Virus record (IMG/VR): IMGVR_UViG_2974668611_000001
Location: 16,618 to 80,617 of that record
Direction: 5' to 3' (one strand)
Source of the DNA: a virus
Taxonomy: Duplodnaviria; Caudoviricetes
DNA length: 64,000 nucleotides
Shown: positions 38,357 through 48,675 of the stretch, in pieces
Layout of the letters: the number at the start of each line of letters is the position of its first letter
Numbering within the stretch: position 1 is the first letter of the stretch
Made by a program: the position numbers and the translations under genes
Notes under the pieces: generated by a model
The model's database searches: none
The model's input: the letters and a program-made list of their open reading frames with translations, nothing else
Told to the model about the DNA's origin: nothing

Positions 38357-38600
38357 AATTAGCATACTCCTTATCATTTGTAAACCACCTGTTAGTAGCG
38401 ATTGAAAAGTGTGTGCCCTTTTCTGGTTTTGCATTTGTATTTTTAATTTTATCTAAGCATTCCTCATATGTGCCAACAAAGTCGAATCTCTGCACAATAA
38501 GTTCTGGCATATCATCGGAAGCTGTGATTACTTGACATAAATCATACAAACAAATAGATTTATTTTTAATGTTAATAATATTGTCTTTAACTTCTTCCAT
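38325..38600 (-). CDS. Hypothetical protein
   Basis: RBS AGGAG; upstream TTGACA promoter. Confidence 0.6.
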   Translation of the reverse strand: MEEVKDNIINIKNKSICLYDLCQVITASDDMPELIVQRFDFVGTYEECLDKIKNTNAKPEKGTHFSIATNRWFTNDKEYANYGLTALRKKD

Positions 38601-38707
38601 ATATTTCTCTCCTGAAAATTATTGTTATATCTTTCCGATACGTTAATACTATTATACAATTAATGTTGAATTTTGTCAACCATATGTAGAATAAAGAAAG
38701 ACACTCT

Positions 38708-38899
38708 TTATTCATTATCAATCTTTTCAACGCTATGTTTTTTAAATACTTTTGACTCTTCTGAATTATTGATTGATACTATCAACATATCATCTGTTTC
38801 TTGGCACATATCAAATACATTGGTATATCCGACGACAACTCCATAAATATTTGTAGATTTAACTCTAACTAAATCACCAATATTAATCATATTAAGCAT
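38708..38899 (-). CDS. Small SH3/KOW-like protein
   Basis: IGDLVRVK...GVVVG. Confidence 0.55.
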   Translation of the reverse strand: MLNMINIGDLVRVKSTNIYGVVVGYTNVFDMCQETDDMLIVSINNSEESKVFKKHSVEKIDNE

Positions 38900-39089
38900 A
38901 CTTCCTTATATTTATTTGTTCGATACCATTTGCGGAAAGTGATATATAAGTTCCAATCTCATAATATACCTTTGCGTTTCCTTTCATAGTTACTTCAATG
39001 TGTGTAACTCCTTTGTCTCCGATACGATACATATTACCAACAAATTTTATTGAATCTACATACATACTATTGGGATATTCAATTAACAT
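38892..39089 (-). CDS. Hypothetical protein
   Basis: Coupled ORF. Confidence 0.55.
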   Translation of the reverse strand: MLIEYPNSMYVDSIKFVGNMYRIGDKGVTHIEVTMKGNAKVYYEIGTYISLSANGIEQINIRKYA

Positions 39090-39508
39090 TATTTTCCCTC
39101 ACTAATATTAATATGAAGCACAGTAACCGATATATTGACTTCTTTATTGATAAAGAATCTCCTAAATCTCATTGTAGACTTTTTATTAACTAAACTAACT
39201 CCATCAATATATCTATATTTCTTATCGTGAATTAACTTGTTGTAAAAATCGCTGTCTCCTGACCTAATAAAATCAATATCACCATGAAACATATCGTTTG
39301 CTTTTTCTAAACAAGACCACAATAGCTTACTATTAGATACAATCTGTTCATAAATAGACACATCAACTGGTTTATCGTTTACATAACACTTAACCAATAA
39401 GTTGGTGTGGCCACTCTTTATTAGTTTCTTAATAATTTCTTTGTAGTCAGATTCAAATAATAAATCTTCCTCTTCTTTTAATTGTCCCGCTAATTTATTC
39501 ACATTCAT
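39089..39508 (-). CDS. Hypothetical protein
   Basis: RBS AGGAGG; own promoter. Confidence 0.65.
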   Translation of the reverse strand: MNVNKLAGQLKEEEDLLFESDYKEIIKKLIKSGHTNLLVKCYVNDKPVDVSIYEQIVSNSKLLWSCLEKANDMFHGDIDFIRSGDSDFYNKLIHDKKYRYIDGVSLVNKKSTMRFRRFFINKEVNISVTVLHINISEGK

Positions 39509-39534
39509 ATTATTATATCCTCCTTATTATATCA

Positions 39535-39563
39535 ATTATACCATAGTATATGTAATAAGTAAA
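39535..39563 (-). promoter_or_regulatory. SigmaA promoter for the gene starting at 39508
   Basis: TTTACT-17 nt (TG)-TATAAT. Confidence 0.65.
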
Positions 39564-39584
39564 CAATAATATAGTATTGTTCGA

Positions 39585-40268
39585 AATATCTCGGCTTAGA
39601 AACCGCCTGGGTTGAGACTATATAATATTGATAGCATGTCTGTCGTTAGTATGTAGTTCTTAACGTCTTGTGTTCTACGTGACGGCTATTAAATAAATAA
39701 CACCCTAATTTAACTAATTGTTATCACAATTACAAAATCAAACACACGTTCAGCCACCACAGTTTGTAATGCGATTTGTTTGAGCGATACAGTCTTTGCC
39801 TGTCAACACAAAGTATTATACACTTGTTCATTAGACAGTAGCAAAGACGAATTAGTTCGCAACGCTGATAGCCGTCGCTTCTAACAGGGTGAATTATCTT
39901 TGATTGGTATTTCAACCAATCACTAGCTTTTAACTCCCATGCTTATCCAGTCCCGGAAGCAGAACTTTCGTTCTATACTAGTTTGCCTAAAGGATTGTGT
40001 TAAGTCCCAGCGCCTATTAATAGTAAATATATGAACTCATATCATACAGTGACTACTTAGTACGACTGGGCGAACATTAGCCCAACCATTCCATCTTTCG
40101 CATATCCATTTCATAAGGACTTAGTTTTCATCTTCACAGATTGGAGGCTTTGGAATTTTTACCCCCTGACTCAATCAACAACACTTCAATTCACCTAAAG
40201 CAATGCCGACACATACCATTTTGTTACGCGGTAGGTTATCCGCTTGAATCTGTTCTATTAAAATGTCA
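39585..40268 (-). ncRNA. Candidate large structured ncRNA (~680 nt; ends approximate)
   Basis: No credible ORF; dedicated promoter; many nested 7-9 bp helices; GAAA/UGAAA loops on the minus strand. Confidence 0.7.
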
Positions 40269-40275
40269 TAAAAAC

Positions 40276-40304
40276 ATTATATAGTCATATAATTTGAAAG
40301 TCAA
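40276..40304 (-). promoter_or_regulatory. SigmaA promoter driving the non-coding unit
   Basis: TTGACT-17 nt-TATAAT. Confidence 0.75.
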
Positions 40305-40326
40305 GCAATGTTTTATATTTTTTATG

Positions 40327-40355
40327 TTGACTTATTAAAAAATATATAGTATACT
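40327..40355 (+). promoter_or_regulatory. Divergent sigmaA promoter
   Basis: TTGACT-17 nt-TATACT. Confidence 0.7.
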
Positions 40356-40388
40356 TTACTAAGTTAAAGAATTGGAGGATGTGCAATA

Positions 40389-40822
40389 GTGGATTATGAT
40401 GATTTTAAGGAAAAATTAAAGAATTAGGATATGAAGTGGTAGCGCATGGGCATAAAATTTATATTCTTAATAAAAGTAGGACTTTAATTACTATTAGTGG
40501 TCAATATGAACTAGAAATTGACGATAAAGAATATTTCAAGATGTTACCATTATGTAACGAGTTATTTCTATTATCATCTGAATTTTCTTCGGAACTAACA
40601 ATGTTTAATAAATATTATATCTTAATTCCGGGGATTTCAGATGGGTGGAATTATATTAACCTCAATATAGGTTCAAATGAAATTTTTATTTGTGACAAAG
40701 GAGAGCCACATGTTAGCAACGGATTTAAAGCGGCTTTCACGTGGAAAGAGGTCGAAGATATTCGAGGTAGACTAAACGTAATTAATTGGGGTAATGTAAA
40801 ATATGAACGTGTCAAAGATTAG
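40389..40822 (+). pseudogene. Frameshifted member of a phage paralog family
   Basis: GGAGG+GTG frame stops at 40425-40427; one extra A in the run at 40411-40415 joins it to ORF 40436..40822. Confidence 0.5.
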
Positions 40823-41105
40823 AGGGTTTTTAAATCGTAATTATTTTGTCAAGTCAGAAGAAATCATATACACATGGTGGAGATACGATGTAAAAGAATA
40901 TCTACTAAAAATAAATTTCAAGCAAGTCAAGAACAAAGAAATTCATTTGTGTAGAAATAATTCCCTAGTATGCTATAAGATAGATGTGGGGCGTAGGGTG
41001 TTTGATGTATGCGAACTACCAATTGATAAAGACGGAATATTGACAGTTGATAATGGATTCTTTGAGAAAGGTGATATTGAAGAATGGAAAAACAAATTGT
41101 TATGA
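40803..41105 (+). CDS. Hypothetical protein
   Basis: Overlapping operon ORF. Confidence 0.55.
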   Translation: MNVSKIRGFLNRNYFVKSEEIIYTWWRYDVKEYLLKINFKQVKNKEIHLCRNNSLVCYKIDVGRRVFDVCELPIDKDGILTVDNGFFEKGDIEEWKNKLL

Positions 41106-41368
41106 GTCCAGAAGAATATGAGGAATTGGAAGCTGATTCTAACAGATTGACTTATATCATGTCATTTTTTAAGCTAGAAGGTAACACAATCTTCCTGAAT
41201 AAAAGTGAAATTTTATCCATGGTTTTGTCAAAGCAGTTAGTCGATGAGGGCTATGGACAAGTCACGCCTATCTATGGTAGTGGAAAAATGATTTTATTAG
41301 AGGGTTTAAACGAAAAAGGGCAATCAAAAGAAGTGGAGTTGAGCGAATATGACATCAAAACAGAATAA
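41084..41368 (+). CDS. Hypothetical protein
   Basis: Operon ORF. Confidence 0.6.
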   Translation: MEKQIVMSPEEYEELEADSNRLTYIMSFFKLEGNTIFLNKSEILSMVLSKQLVDEGYGQVTPIYGSGKMILLEGLNEKGQSKEVELSEYDIKTE

Positions 41369-41882
41369 CGAGAGTGCGACACCAACGCATTATCAAAAAG
41401 ATGGCCAAGACTTATTATCTCACCTTGAACATATTTTACCAGAAGAAGAAATGCGAGGGGCATATCGTTTTAACATTATAAAATACGCGACACGAGCTGG
41501 ACGCAAAGATGACATTACCTTAGAACTTGATAAGATAACTCAATATGCAAAACGCTGGAAGCAGTTTGAGCAATCATTAAAGAAAGCATCTCCATCAATC
41601 AAAGACAGTGCGTGGTCAAGAAAAGGTGGCCTTCTTCTTCAATTCACGGATAAATATTATAATGGTTGGGATATTTTATATCGTATTGATAGGACTATGC
41701 CGAATGATGGATTATGTCGGTTGTTTTTAGCAGGAGGTAGTCCAGCGTACATTGATGATAGTGGATTTGTTTCCATCGGTGATTCGGTAACGTACTACAC
41801 TAAAAAACAATTAATGACATTCTTCAATGAGTGTAAGGACGATAAGTTTACTTGTTTAGAAATATTGATTGAAGAAGCATAA
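41349..41882 (+). CDS. DUF3310-domain protein (SaV/T7 gp1.7-like)
   Basis: PTHYQ...FNIIKYATRAGRK...LDK. Confidence 0.75.
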   Translation: MTSKQNNESATPTHYQKDGQDLLSHLEHILPEEEMRGAYRFNIIKYATRAGRKDDITLELDKITQYAKRWKQFEQSLKKASPSIKDSAWSRKGGLLLQFTDKYYNGWDILYRIDRTMPNDGLCRLFLAGGSPAYIDDSGFVSIGDSVTYYTKKQLMTFFNECKDDKFTCLEILIEEA

Positions 41883-41899
41883 AATTAGGAGGAAAAATA

Positions 41900-42607
41900 T
41901 TGTTAATTAATATCATGGCCGCGTTTGGGGCCGGAAAAAGCACGTTAGTAGAGATTTTAAGCAAAGATTTAGAAGCAACAAAATATTTAGAAGACCCGTA
42001 TGCGATTCCGATTTTGAAAGATTATTATTCTGGTGGTAAAGAAACACGCAAAAAGTTTGGATTCCCACTGCAAATTGCATGGCTCGATGAACGTTTTGGA
42101 CAACTAAGGGAAGCTGTCGTACAAAATCGCGCTATTATGGACTCTAATTTGGTAGCGGATTCGATTGTCTACAAAGTTATTCATGACCGAGGTGAAACAA
42201 CAGACCAAGAATACTACTTATATTTAAAGCTGTTGCGTCATATGTTAGATTCTGTTAGCGCAGAACCAAAAGGGCATTATCCAGACCTATATGTATTCTT
42301 AGATATTTCACCAGAAAATGAAGTAAAAAATATCCTAGAACGTAACCGTGAAATGGAAACAGCAGACCCTGCACTGATTGAATACTATCATTCAATTAAT
42401 GAGGGATTTAAGAATTGGGCCGATTCTTATAGTGAAGCACCGATTGTTAGGATTGACAGGAATAAATTTGACTTTGTGAACAGTATTGACGACAGAATTG
42501 CTGTTTTAAACATTATTGAAGAAAAGCTGGTTGAATTAGGCTACTTAACAGATTCAGAATTTGAAGAAATTAAAAATACAAGAGAGAAGCGAGGAATTTT
42601 AGAATGA
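41900..42607 (+). CDS. Deoxynucleoside kinase
   Basis: AAFGAGKST, EDP, LQIAWL, PDLYVFLD, RNREME. Confidence 0.88.
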   Translation: MLINIMAAFGAGKSTLVEILSKDLEATKYLEDPYAIPILKDYYSGGKETRKKFGFPLQIAWLDERFGQLREAVVQNRAIMDSNLVADSIVYKVIHDRGETTDQEYYLYLKLLRHMLDSVSAEPKGHYPDLYVFLDISPENEVKNILERNREMETADPALIEYYHSINEGFKNWADSYSEAPIVRIDRNKFDFVNSIDDRIAVLNIIEEKLVELGYLTDSEFEEIKNTREKRGILE

Positions 42608-42804
42608 AGACTTTTGTTTCAGCAATTACATTTTTACTTGTAGCATTATTTATGATTATTTTCTACGGTTTGGTTGCGTCTGTACTTGGTGTACTATGGG
42701 GGTTTAATGTTACAGCACTTTTAGCGGTAAAGTGTGGGATTACCGCCTATATTTTGTCAATCGTATTACCAATGATTATGGTTCCGGCTTCTTCACAAGA
42801 ATAA
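42604..42804 (+). CDS. Small membrane protein
   Basis: Two hydrophobic helices; ATGA overlap. Confidence 0.6.
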   Translation: MKTFVSAITFLLVALFMIIFYGLVASVLGVLWGFNVTALLAVKCGITAYILSIVLPMIMVPASSQE

Positions 42805-42812
42805 TATCAACT

Positions 42813-42837
42813 GCACGCTTGTTAGCGTGCTTTTTTT
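42813..42837 (+). terminator. Intrinsic terminator
   Basis: GCACGCT-TGTT-AGCGTGC followed by T7. Confidence 0.7.
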
Positions 42838-42873
42838 GTGCTATAATATACTAGAAACAGGAGGTTAAAACCA

Positions 42874-43344
42874 ATGAGACTGCTAACTTGTTATGGGCCT
42901 AATTGCTATAAGCAAGGAGTAAAGCACCCTAAAAGTGAATTAACGAATTTTCACGGAAAGAATTATTGTGATAAATGTTTAAATGAAGTAATGAATAATT
43001 ACGAATTTAGACAGTCATTAACGTCATTGCTTTTAGAAGACTACAAAAGTGATTACTTGCCAGGTATTGTGATGGCACAAATCAAAAAATATCGTAAAAT
43101 TGGAATGACATACGAAGGAATGTATAATACAGCTTTATGGATAAAGAAGAACCAAAATGTTGTGTTTGAGAATAAATATGGAATCGCTTTGATTAAATAC
43201 CACTATGATAGTCATTCCTCTTATAAAGAGAATAGTGCCGGAGATAATCAAGCTAAGGTTGAGAATGCAACTGTAATCATATCGAAGCCAAAGCGCAAAC
43301 ATAAACAAATTAGAGAAATTAGTGGAGATGATTTACTTGATTAA
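42874..43344 (+). CDS. Zn-finger replication accessory protein (possible helicase loader)
   Basis: CYGPNC...CDKC; GIALIKYHY; directly before the helicase. Confidence 0.55.
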   Translation: MRLLTCYGPNCYKQGVKHPKSELTNFHGKNYCDKCLNEVMNNYEFRQSLTSLLLEDYKSDYLPGIVMAQIKKYRKIGMTYEGMYNTALWIKKNQNVVFENKYGIALIKYHYDSHSSYKENSAGDNQAKVENATVIISKPKRKHKQIREISGDDLLD

Positions 43345-44926
43345 TCATAACGAATTAAAAGCACTGACACCACAAAGTCAAATCTTTGGAGTATTGGGTG
43401 TCCTATTAAATAATCCAGAAAAATTGCTCTCAGATGATGTATTCTTAGATAAAGAAGACTTTCAAAATAATGTTCATAGAATCATCTTTTTTGCTATTAA
43501 CAACATTATCAAAGAATCAGAGCACTTAGAAGAAATATCTGCAATTGATGTTGATACTTATTTAACTCAATTTGAACAATATCATGCAATCTTTGCGTCG
43601 TCTAAAGGTATTGATTATGTTCAATCAGCAAAAGATAATGCAAATGTTGGTACATTTAGTTCAAACTATCATTATTTAAAAAAGATGACGGTTCTCAGAA
43701 AGTTTGCAGAGAACGGAATTGATATTAGTGATATTTATGACATTCACACAGAAGATATTAAACTGCTAGAAGAACAGCAGAAAAGACTCAGCCAATTATC
43801 AGAAGAAGATATTGTCAATCATTTTACGCAAGTAGTAAGCGGGATTAGAAATGAAGTTTCAGATTGGCAAAACAATTCATCATCGTTCTCTGCTGGTGAT
43901 GATATTGAATCGTTTATTGAACATATCAACGATGAACCTCAATTCGGATATGGTTTCAAAGATACATTCATGAACTCATTAACTGGTGGTATGCAACTTG
44001 GTAAGCTATATTTGCGTTCAATGAAAACTGGTGGTGGTAAGTCACGTCTTGGTATTGCAGATTTAATTAACGTATCTGCGACTGAACAATATAATTGGCA
44101 CAACAAGAAATGGGTCAAAAATAATGACGTAGAACCATCACTATTCATTTCAACAGAATTGGACAAAGATGAAATTCAAATGATTCTTCTATCTGCAATT
44201 ACTAATTTGGCGCCAGAGATTATCAGACGAGGTAATTTTGACCCAGAGACTAAGAAGATTATTAATCATGCCGCCGGTGTTTTACACAATTCACCACTAA
44301 TGTTTAAAGAGATTCAAGATTTTGATATTGATGACATTATGTCGATTATTGATGAGTACGTGTTTAACTATGACGTTAAATATATCGACTTTGATTATAT
44401 TCAGGCTGTGCCTAAATTACTGCGGTCTGGAGCTAAGCTGTTCGGTGGAAGAGATGTTCGTGATGATAGAATTCTGCTGACATTAACAGATAAGTTGCGC
44501 GCGAAGGCTAAAGAGCTTGATGTATATATTATGTCATCAACACAAATCTCGCCTTCTGGAGAAATGGATTACGAGTCATCACGTACAGAACGTGCTTTGC
44601 GTGATTCAAAATCAATCGCCGATAAGATTGATGTGGGTATGATTGTTGCAGAAGCTAACTCAAAAGACAAGAAAAACTTAGAGAAGTTAATTAATAACAC
44701 CGATATTAACCCGTATGGATTGGAACCTAACATGGGCAATTTCATTTATAAAAACCGTTTGGGTAAGAAGTCAATTATAATTTGGTCTTATGTCAACTTA
44801 GGGACGCTATACAGCTATCCGTTATTTGTGACTGACTATCAATACAATTTAGTTGATGTTCCGCGTACAAAAATTGAAGTCGGCAGTGATGGTAGTTTTG
44901 GGATTAAAGAAGACCTTGTATTTTAG
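43322..44926 (+). CDS. DnaB-like replicative helicase
   Basis: TGGGKSR, FISTE, FDYIQ, SSTQ, SKSIADKID, YKNR. Confidence 0.9.
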   Translation: MEMIYLINHNELKALTPQSQIFGVLGVLLNNPEKLLSDDVFLDKEDFQNNVHRIIFFAINNIIKESEHLEEISAIDVDTYLTQFEQYHAIFASSKGIDYVQSAKDNANVGTFSSNYHYLKKMTVLRKFAENGIDISDIYDIHTEDIKLLEEQQKRLSQLSEEDIVNHFTQVVSGIRNEVSDWQNNSSSFSAGDDIESFIEHINDEPQFGYGFKDTFMNSLTGGMQLGKLYLRSMKTGGGKSRLGIADLINVSATEQYNWHNKKWVKNNDVEPSLFISTELDKDEIQMILLSAITNLAPEIIRRGNFDPETKKIINHAAGVLHNSPLMFKEIQDFDIDDIMSIIDEYVFNYDVKYIDFDYIQAVPKLLRSGAKLFGGRDVRDDRILLTLTDKLRAKAKELDVYIMSSTQISPSGEMDYESSRTERALRDSKSIADKIDVGMIVAEANSKDKKNLEKLINNTDINPYGLEPNMGNFIYKNRLGKKSIIIWSYVNLGTLYSYPLFVTDYQYNLVDVPRTKIEVGSDGSFGIKEDLVF

Positions 44927-44938
44927 GAGGTATACGCG

Positions 44939-45973
44939 GTGGATTATTATAAAAGTGATTTAATCAAGGTCGTAAAATATTATGGCCTTGATTATAAAGA
45001 AGGTCATGATTACTACCAATTGAGAACGTATTGTCATCACAGAGACGGTGATGGTAATTTTAAATTATACGCATATTTTAATGACAACGACGTTGTGTCC
45101 TTATACTGCTACTCAAACTGTGGTTCAATGAACTTAGTAGGATTCATTATGCACTACCGAGAATGTGACTATCCGAGCGCACAATCTGAACTTGACATGA
45201 TTGTTGGCAAGCGTCAAATGGCTGGTTTTATAGCACAAGACTTATATAATCCAGCTAAGCAACTTGAAAAAAGAAGCAAAGACAAAAATATCGACGACAT
45301 TAAGAGATTAAGTGCTGGGATATTGAGCACTTATAGTAGGTACGCGTATGGTGGTTGGGTAAATGAGGGGATTAGTGTAAAAACACAGGAAAAATTTGGC
45401 ATTAGATATTCGATACCAGAGAATAAAGTTATTATTCCGCAGGTTAATAAAGACGGGGAACTGATAGGAATACGTGGTCGTAGTCTTGACCCATACGAGG
45501 TCGAGATGTTTGGCAAGTATCGACCAGTAAGATTTAGGGGCAAAATGTTATCATACCCAACAAGTTTAAATTGGTACGGACTTTATCAGAATAAAGAGTC
45601 GATTATTAATACAGGACAAGTGGTTATTTTTGAATCTGAAAAGTCTGTTATGCAGTTAGACACCATTATGAACGGGAATGGTAATGGACTAGCGCTGTCT
45701 GGTTCTAGTATATCCGATTGGCAGATTGATGAGTTGATGAAATTAAATATCAATGAAGTTGTGGTTGGCCTTGATAAAGATTATAAAGACGAAACTGGAT
45801 ATAATATTCATGCCAATATGATTGTTAAAATGTTCAAAAAACTATTGATTAGGTTCAATGTAACTGTTATATTTGATGATGTAGATGGACTACTTGGGTA
45901 CAAAGATAGCCCTACTGACTGTGGTAAAGAAGCATTCTTAAAATTAATGAGAACAAGGAAGGTAATGTCTTGA
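44939..45973 (+). CDS. DNA primase
   Basis: CHH...CYSNCG zinc site; IRGR; FESEKS; GLDKD (TOPRIM). Confidence 0.88.
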   Translation: MDYYKSDLIKVVKYYGLDYKEGHDYYQLRTYCHHRDGDGNFKLYAYFNDNDVVSLYCYSNCGSMNLVGFIMHYRECDYPSAQSELDMIVGKRQMAGFIAQDLYNPAKQLEKRSKDKNIDDIKRLSAGILSTYSRYAYGGWVNEGISVKTQEKFGIRYSIPENKVIIPQVNKDGELIGIRGRSLDPYEVEMFGKYRPVRFRGKMLSYPTSLNWYGLYQNKESIINTGQVVIFESEKSVMQLDTIMNGNGNGLALSGSSISDWQIDELMKLNINEVVVGLDKDYKDETGYNIHANMIVKMFKKLLIRFNVTVIFDDVDGLLGYKDSPTDCGKEAFLKLMRTRKVMS

Positions 45974-47715
45974 AGATAGTAAAAAGTGATACGGACGTTG
46001 TTAATGAACAAATTGATGGGTTTAACGTTAATATTGTTTCAGAATCCGTGAACGATACAGTAAAAGAAGCGATTGAGTATCGCAAGAAAAACGTGTGGGG
46101 AACAAACAATGGAGCTGTGGACTTTAACTATTTACCCCACAAGGGTGAATTGAATAAAATTGCAAAAGATTTATATGATAATAATCGAAAAGTGGCAATT
46201 TTAGTTGACGTCGATGTAGACGGTTATATGTCGGCGGCAATCATGTATAAAGCTATTAAGTCAATTAACAATGAACAAGACATTGATATGCTGTTTCCAG
46301 ATGTAAAACTACACGGTATCAAGGCCAATATCGGTTTAGTTGATGACGAATATGATTATATTTTTTGCCCTGACAGTTCAAGTAACGACTTACAAACAAT
46401 CTCTAAGCTAGAAAAAAATAAAAGAACCAAAGTAGTCGTAATTGACCATCATATCCTAGAGCATGAAGATTATATTATTGATAATCCTGATAAGTTCTTA
46501 ATTGTTAGTAATCAATATCAAGATTCAGAGTTAAATAAAGAATTGACAGGGGCAGGTATGTCATTATTAGTTTCAGAACTATGGGGAGAAAATTATAATA
46601 TTGAAATCAATTTTGACTTGGCCGCCGTTGGTCAAATTGCAGATATGAGTGACCTTAATGATGAAGGAATATTTGATATTGTTAAAAAAGGTTTATCAGA
46701 AACGACCAACGAGATGTTGTTAACATTTTTTAAGGATGATGAAGAAGTGCGTTCAATTAAGCATATTCAGTTTACTTTGATTCCCCGGATAAATGCCGTG
46801 TCAAGAATCGGTAATCATGAAGAGCGCCAACTAATCTTTAACTCGTTCATTGACAAAGGCGGAGTAGTTCCAGTGAGCGTTAGACATAAAGGTGGTGACG
46901 GTAAAATGCACACCGATAGTGTCGATATGAATGTATATGAGCGAGCGAATAATGTCTTGAAAAAGGTTAAGGGGCGTCAAGATAGACTGGTAAAAAGTGC
47001 ATTAAAAGACGTTGAGTGGCTTAGTGATAATAAATCAGAATATAACGCAATTGTGATTGGCGATAAGTTTAGTAAGGGGATTTCTGGTTTAGTAGCTAAC
47101 AAATTGTTGGGGCAAACTAAAAAACCATCACTGGTATTTAAGCGTGATGGCGATAGGCTAAATGGTAGTGGACGTTTTCCTGAAAATATTAATGGCCTTA
47201 AATTATTAAAAGACATTGATGGCGTGTTCGCCGCTGGTCACGAGCAAGCATTTGGTGTTGGCTTTCCAGAAGATGAATTTAAAATTGTATCAAAGGTTGT
47301 TAATACCGCGTCAAAGAAATCTCCAGACTATGTGTACAGGGTTGATTCCGCCTATGTTGATGAATTACCTACTATCGAAGAAATTAGAGATATTTATCAA
47401 GAATCAGTTATCTTTAGAGGGGCAAAAGATGAAATTAAACTAGCAATTATTGGGTTAAAAGTAGACAAAAAAGAAATTGTTTTAAAAAATAATTGGACGA
47501 AGATTAAAATTGGTAGTCTTGTTATCAATGATTTTAATACGACAGATGATATGAAGGAGTATATCAATAAGTTTGGAGATAAGTGCTTTAGTTTTGTATG
47601 TTCGGTTGGGTTTAATTTTTGGGGGAAAGAGCCGACGCCACAGCTCAATGTTGATAAAATTGTAAAAAGCGATGGAGTAAGAGTTGAGATAACTAAAGAT
47701 AATTTTATTTTTTAA
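45970..47715 (+). CDS. recJ: RecJ-like ssDNA exonuclease (DHH)
   Basis: DVDVDG, IDHH, IADM, PRINA, GSGR, GHEQAFG. Confidence 0.88.
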   Translation: MKIVKSDTDVVNEQIDGFNVNIVSESVNDTVKEAIEYRKKNVWGTNNGAVDFNYLPHKGELNKIAKDLYDNNRKVAILVDVDVDGYMSAAIMYKAIKSINNEQDIDMLFPDVKLHGIKANIGLVDDEYDYIFCPDSSSNDLQTISKLEKNKRTKVVVIDHHILEHEDYIIDNPDKFLIVSNQYQDSELNKELTGAGMSLLVSELWGENYNIEINFDLAAVGQIADMSDLNDEGIFDIVKKGLSETTNEMLLTFFKDDEEVRSIKHIQFTLIPRINAVSRIGNHEERQLIFNSFIDKGGVVPVSVRHKGGDGKMHTDSVDMNVYERANNVLKKVKGRQDRLVKSALKDVEWLSDNKSEYNAIVIGDKFSKGISGLVANKLLGQTKKPSLVFKRDGDRLNGSGRFPENINGLKLLKDIDGVFAAGHEQAFGVGFPEDEFKIVSKVVNTASKKSPDYVYRVDSAYVDELPTIEEIRDIYQESVIFRGAKDEIKLAIIGLKVDKKEIVLKNNWTKIKIGSLVINDFNTTDDMKEYINKFGDKCFSFVCSVGFNFWGKEPTPQLNVDKIVKSDGVRVEITKDNFIF

Positions 47716-47734
47716 GAGCGAAAGCTCTTTTTTT
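47714..47734 (+). terminator. Intrinsic terminator
   Basis: AAGAGC-GAAA-GCTCTT followed by a T run. Confidence 0.75.
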
Positions 47735-47785
47735 ATTGACACATACTTAAATTAATGATATTATGGTAATAAATAGGAGGTATGA

Positions 47786-48109
47786 TTGATGAATTACAAA
47801 GAAATAACAAGGAAAGAAGCTCATAATATGTCGGTTACAGGTTCTATGACTGGCGAAGGGTCTGGACTAGAATTTGAGAAGCAAAAGATTATGAATGATA
47901 TTAATATTCTTAGTAGATATGGTTTTGAGGCAACTGAGGCGGTATATAGAGATGGCAAATGTGATGGGTATTTTAGAAGTGAAGACCTTCTGATGGAAAA
48001 CTATAAGGATATTAAAAAATGGTTATTATCATTAGGGTACAAGGTATCACTATTCCCAGCGGCATGGTACCCATGCAAACAGCATTGGTTAACAATTGAA
48101 TGGGGGTAA
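47786..48109 (+). CDS. Hypothetical protein
   Basis: Promoter TTGACA-17-TATTAT; RBS AGGAGG. Confidence 0.65.
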   Translation: MMNYKEITRKEAHNMSVTGSMTGEGSGLEFEKQKIMNDINILSRYGFEATEAVYRDGKCDGYFRSEDLLMENYKDIKKWLLSLGYKVSLFPAAWYPCKQHWLTIEWG

Positions 48110-48114
48110 AATTA

Positions 48115-48279
48115 ATGCTAAAGCAACATAAGCACCATTGGTCACGAGTATCTAATAAGCCTTGGTTCTCATCTTTTGGAGCAGAGGTTGTATTAGAATG
48201 CTCTATCTGTCATAGATTTATTAATGTCAGTGAGGAAGAAGCAAGCAATTTTGAATCTAAAACTAGGTTGACACATTAG
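48115..48279 (+). CDS. Small Zn-binding protein (absent from the ORF track)
   Basis: HKHHW...CSIC; GGGGG RBS. Confidence 0.5.
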   Translation: MLKQHKHHWSRVSNKPWFSSFGAEVVLECSICHRFINVSEEEASNFESKTRLTH

Positions 48280-48291
48280 GAGGAAAAAGCG

Positions 48292-48675
48292 ATGGAAATG
48301 AAAAAATTCTTTAGTACATTATTTGATGACCCTGGCAATAAGGTGGTAATGGTTAATAATAAAAAAGAAAAAATTAAGGACTCACCAGCAGGATTTTCAT
48401 GGACGACACTAATCTTTGGATTCTGGCCTGCACTGTTACGAGGAGATTTCTTAGGAGCATTAGTTATTATGGTTATCAATGCCGGGACTAACTCTAGTCC
48501 TGTACTATATGTTTTATCTTCTACGTTAATTGCTATTTTTTATAATTATGTATACATTAACAGAAAGATTAATAAGGGCTATGATGTGCCAACGGATAAT
48601 GATAAAGAATTACTAAAGGAACATGGATATAATATTAATGCAGATGCGTCATATGAAAGAGGTGATAACAATTAA
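48292..48675 (+). CDS. DUF2628-like membrane protein
   Basis: GFSWTTLIFGFWPALLRGD...YNYVYI...KGY. Confidence 0.7.
   Translation: MEMKKFFSTLFDDPGNKVVMVNNKKEKIKDSPAGFSWTTLIFGFWPALLRGDFLGALVIMVINAGTNSSPVLYVLSSTLIAIFYNYVYINRKINKGYDVPTDNDKELLKEHGYNINADASYERGDNN

Noticed and set aside
39730-39915. 61-aa minus-strand ORF in the non-coding unit
   Set aside because: TTG start with no RBS, atypical composition, and it overlaps the paired helices
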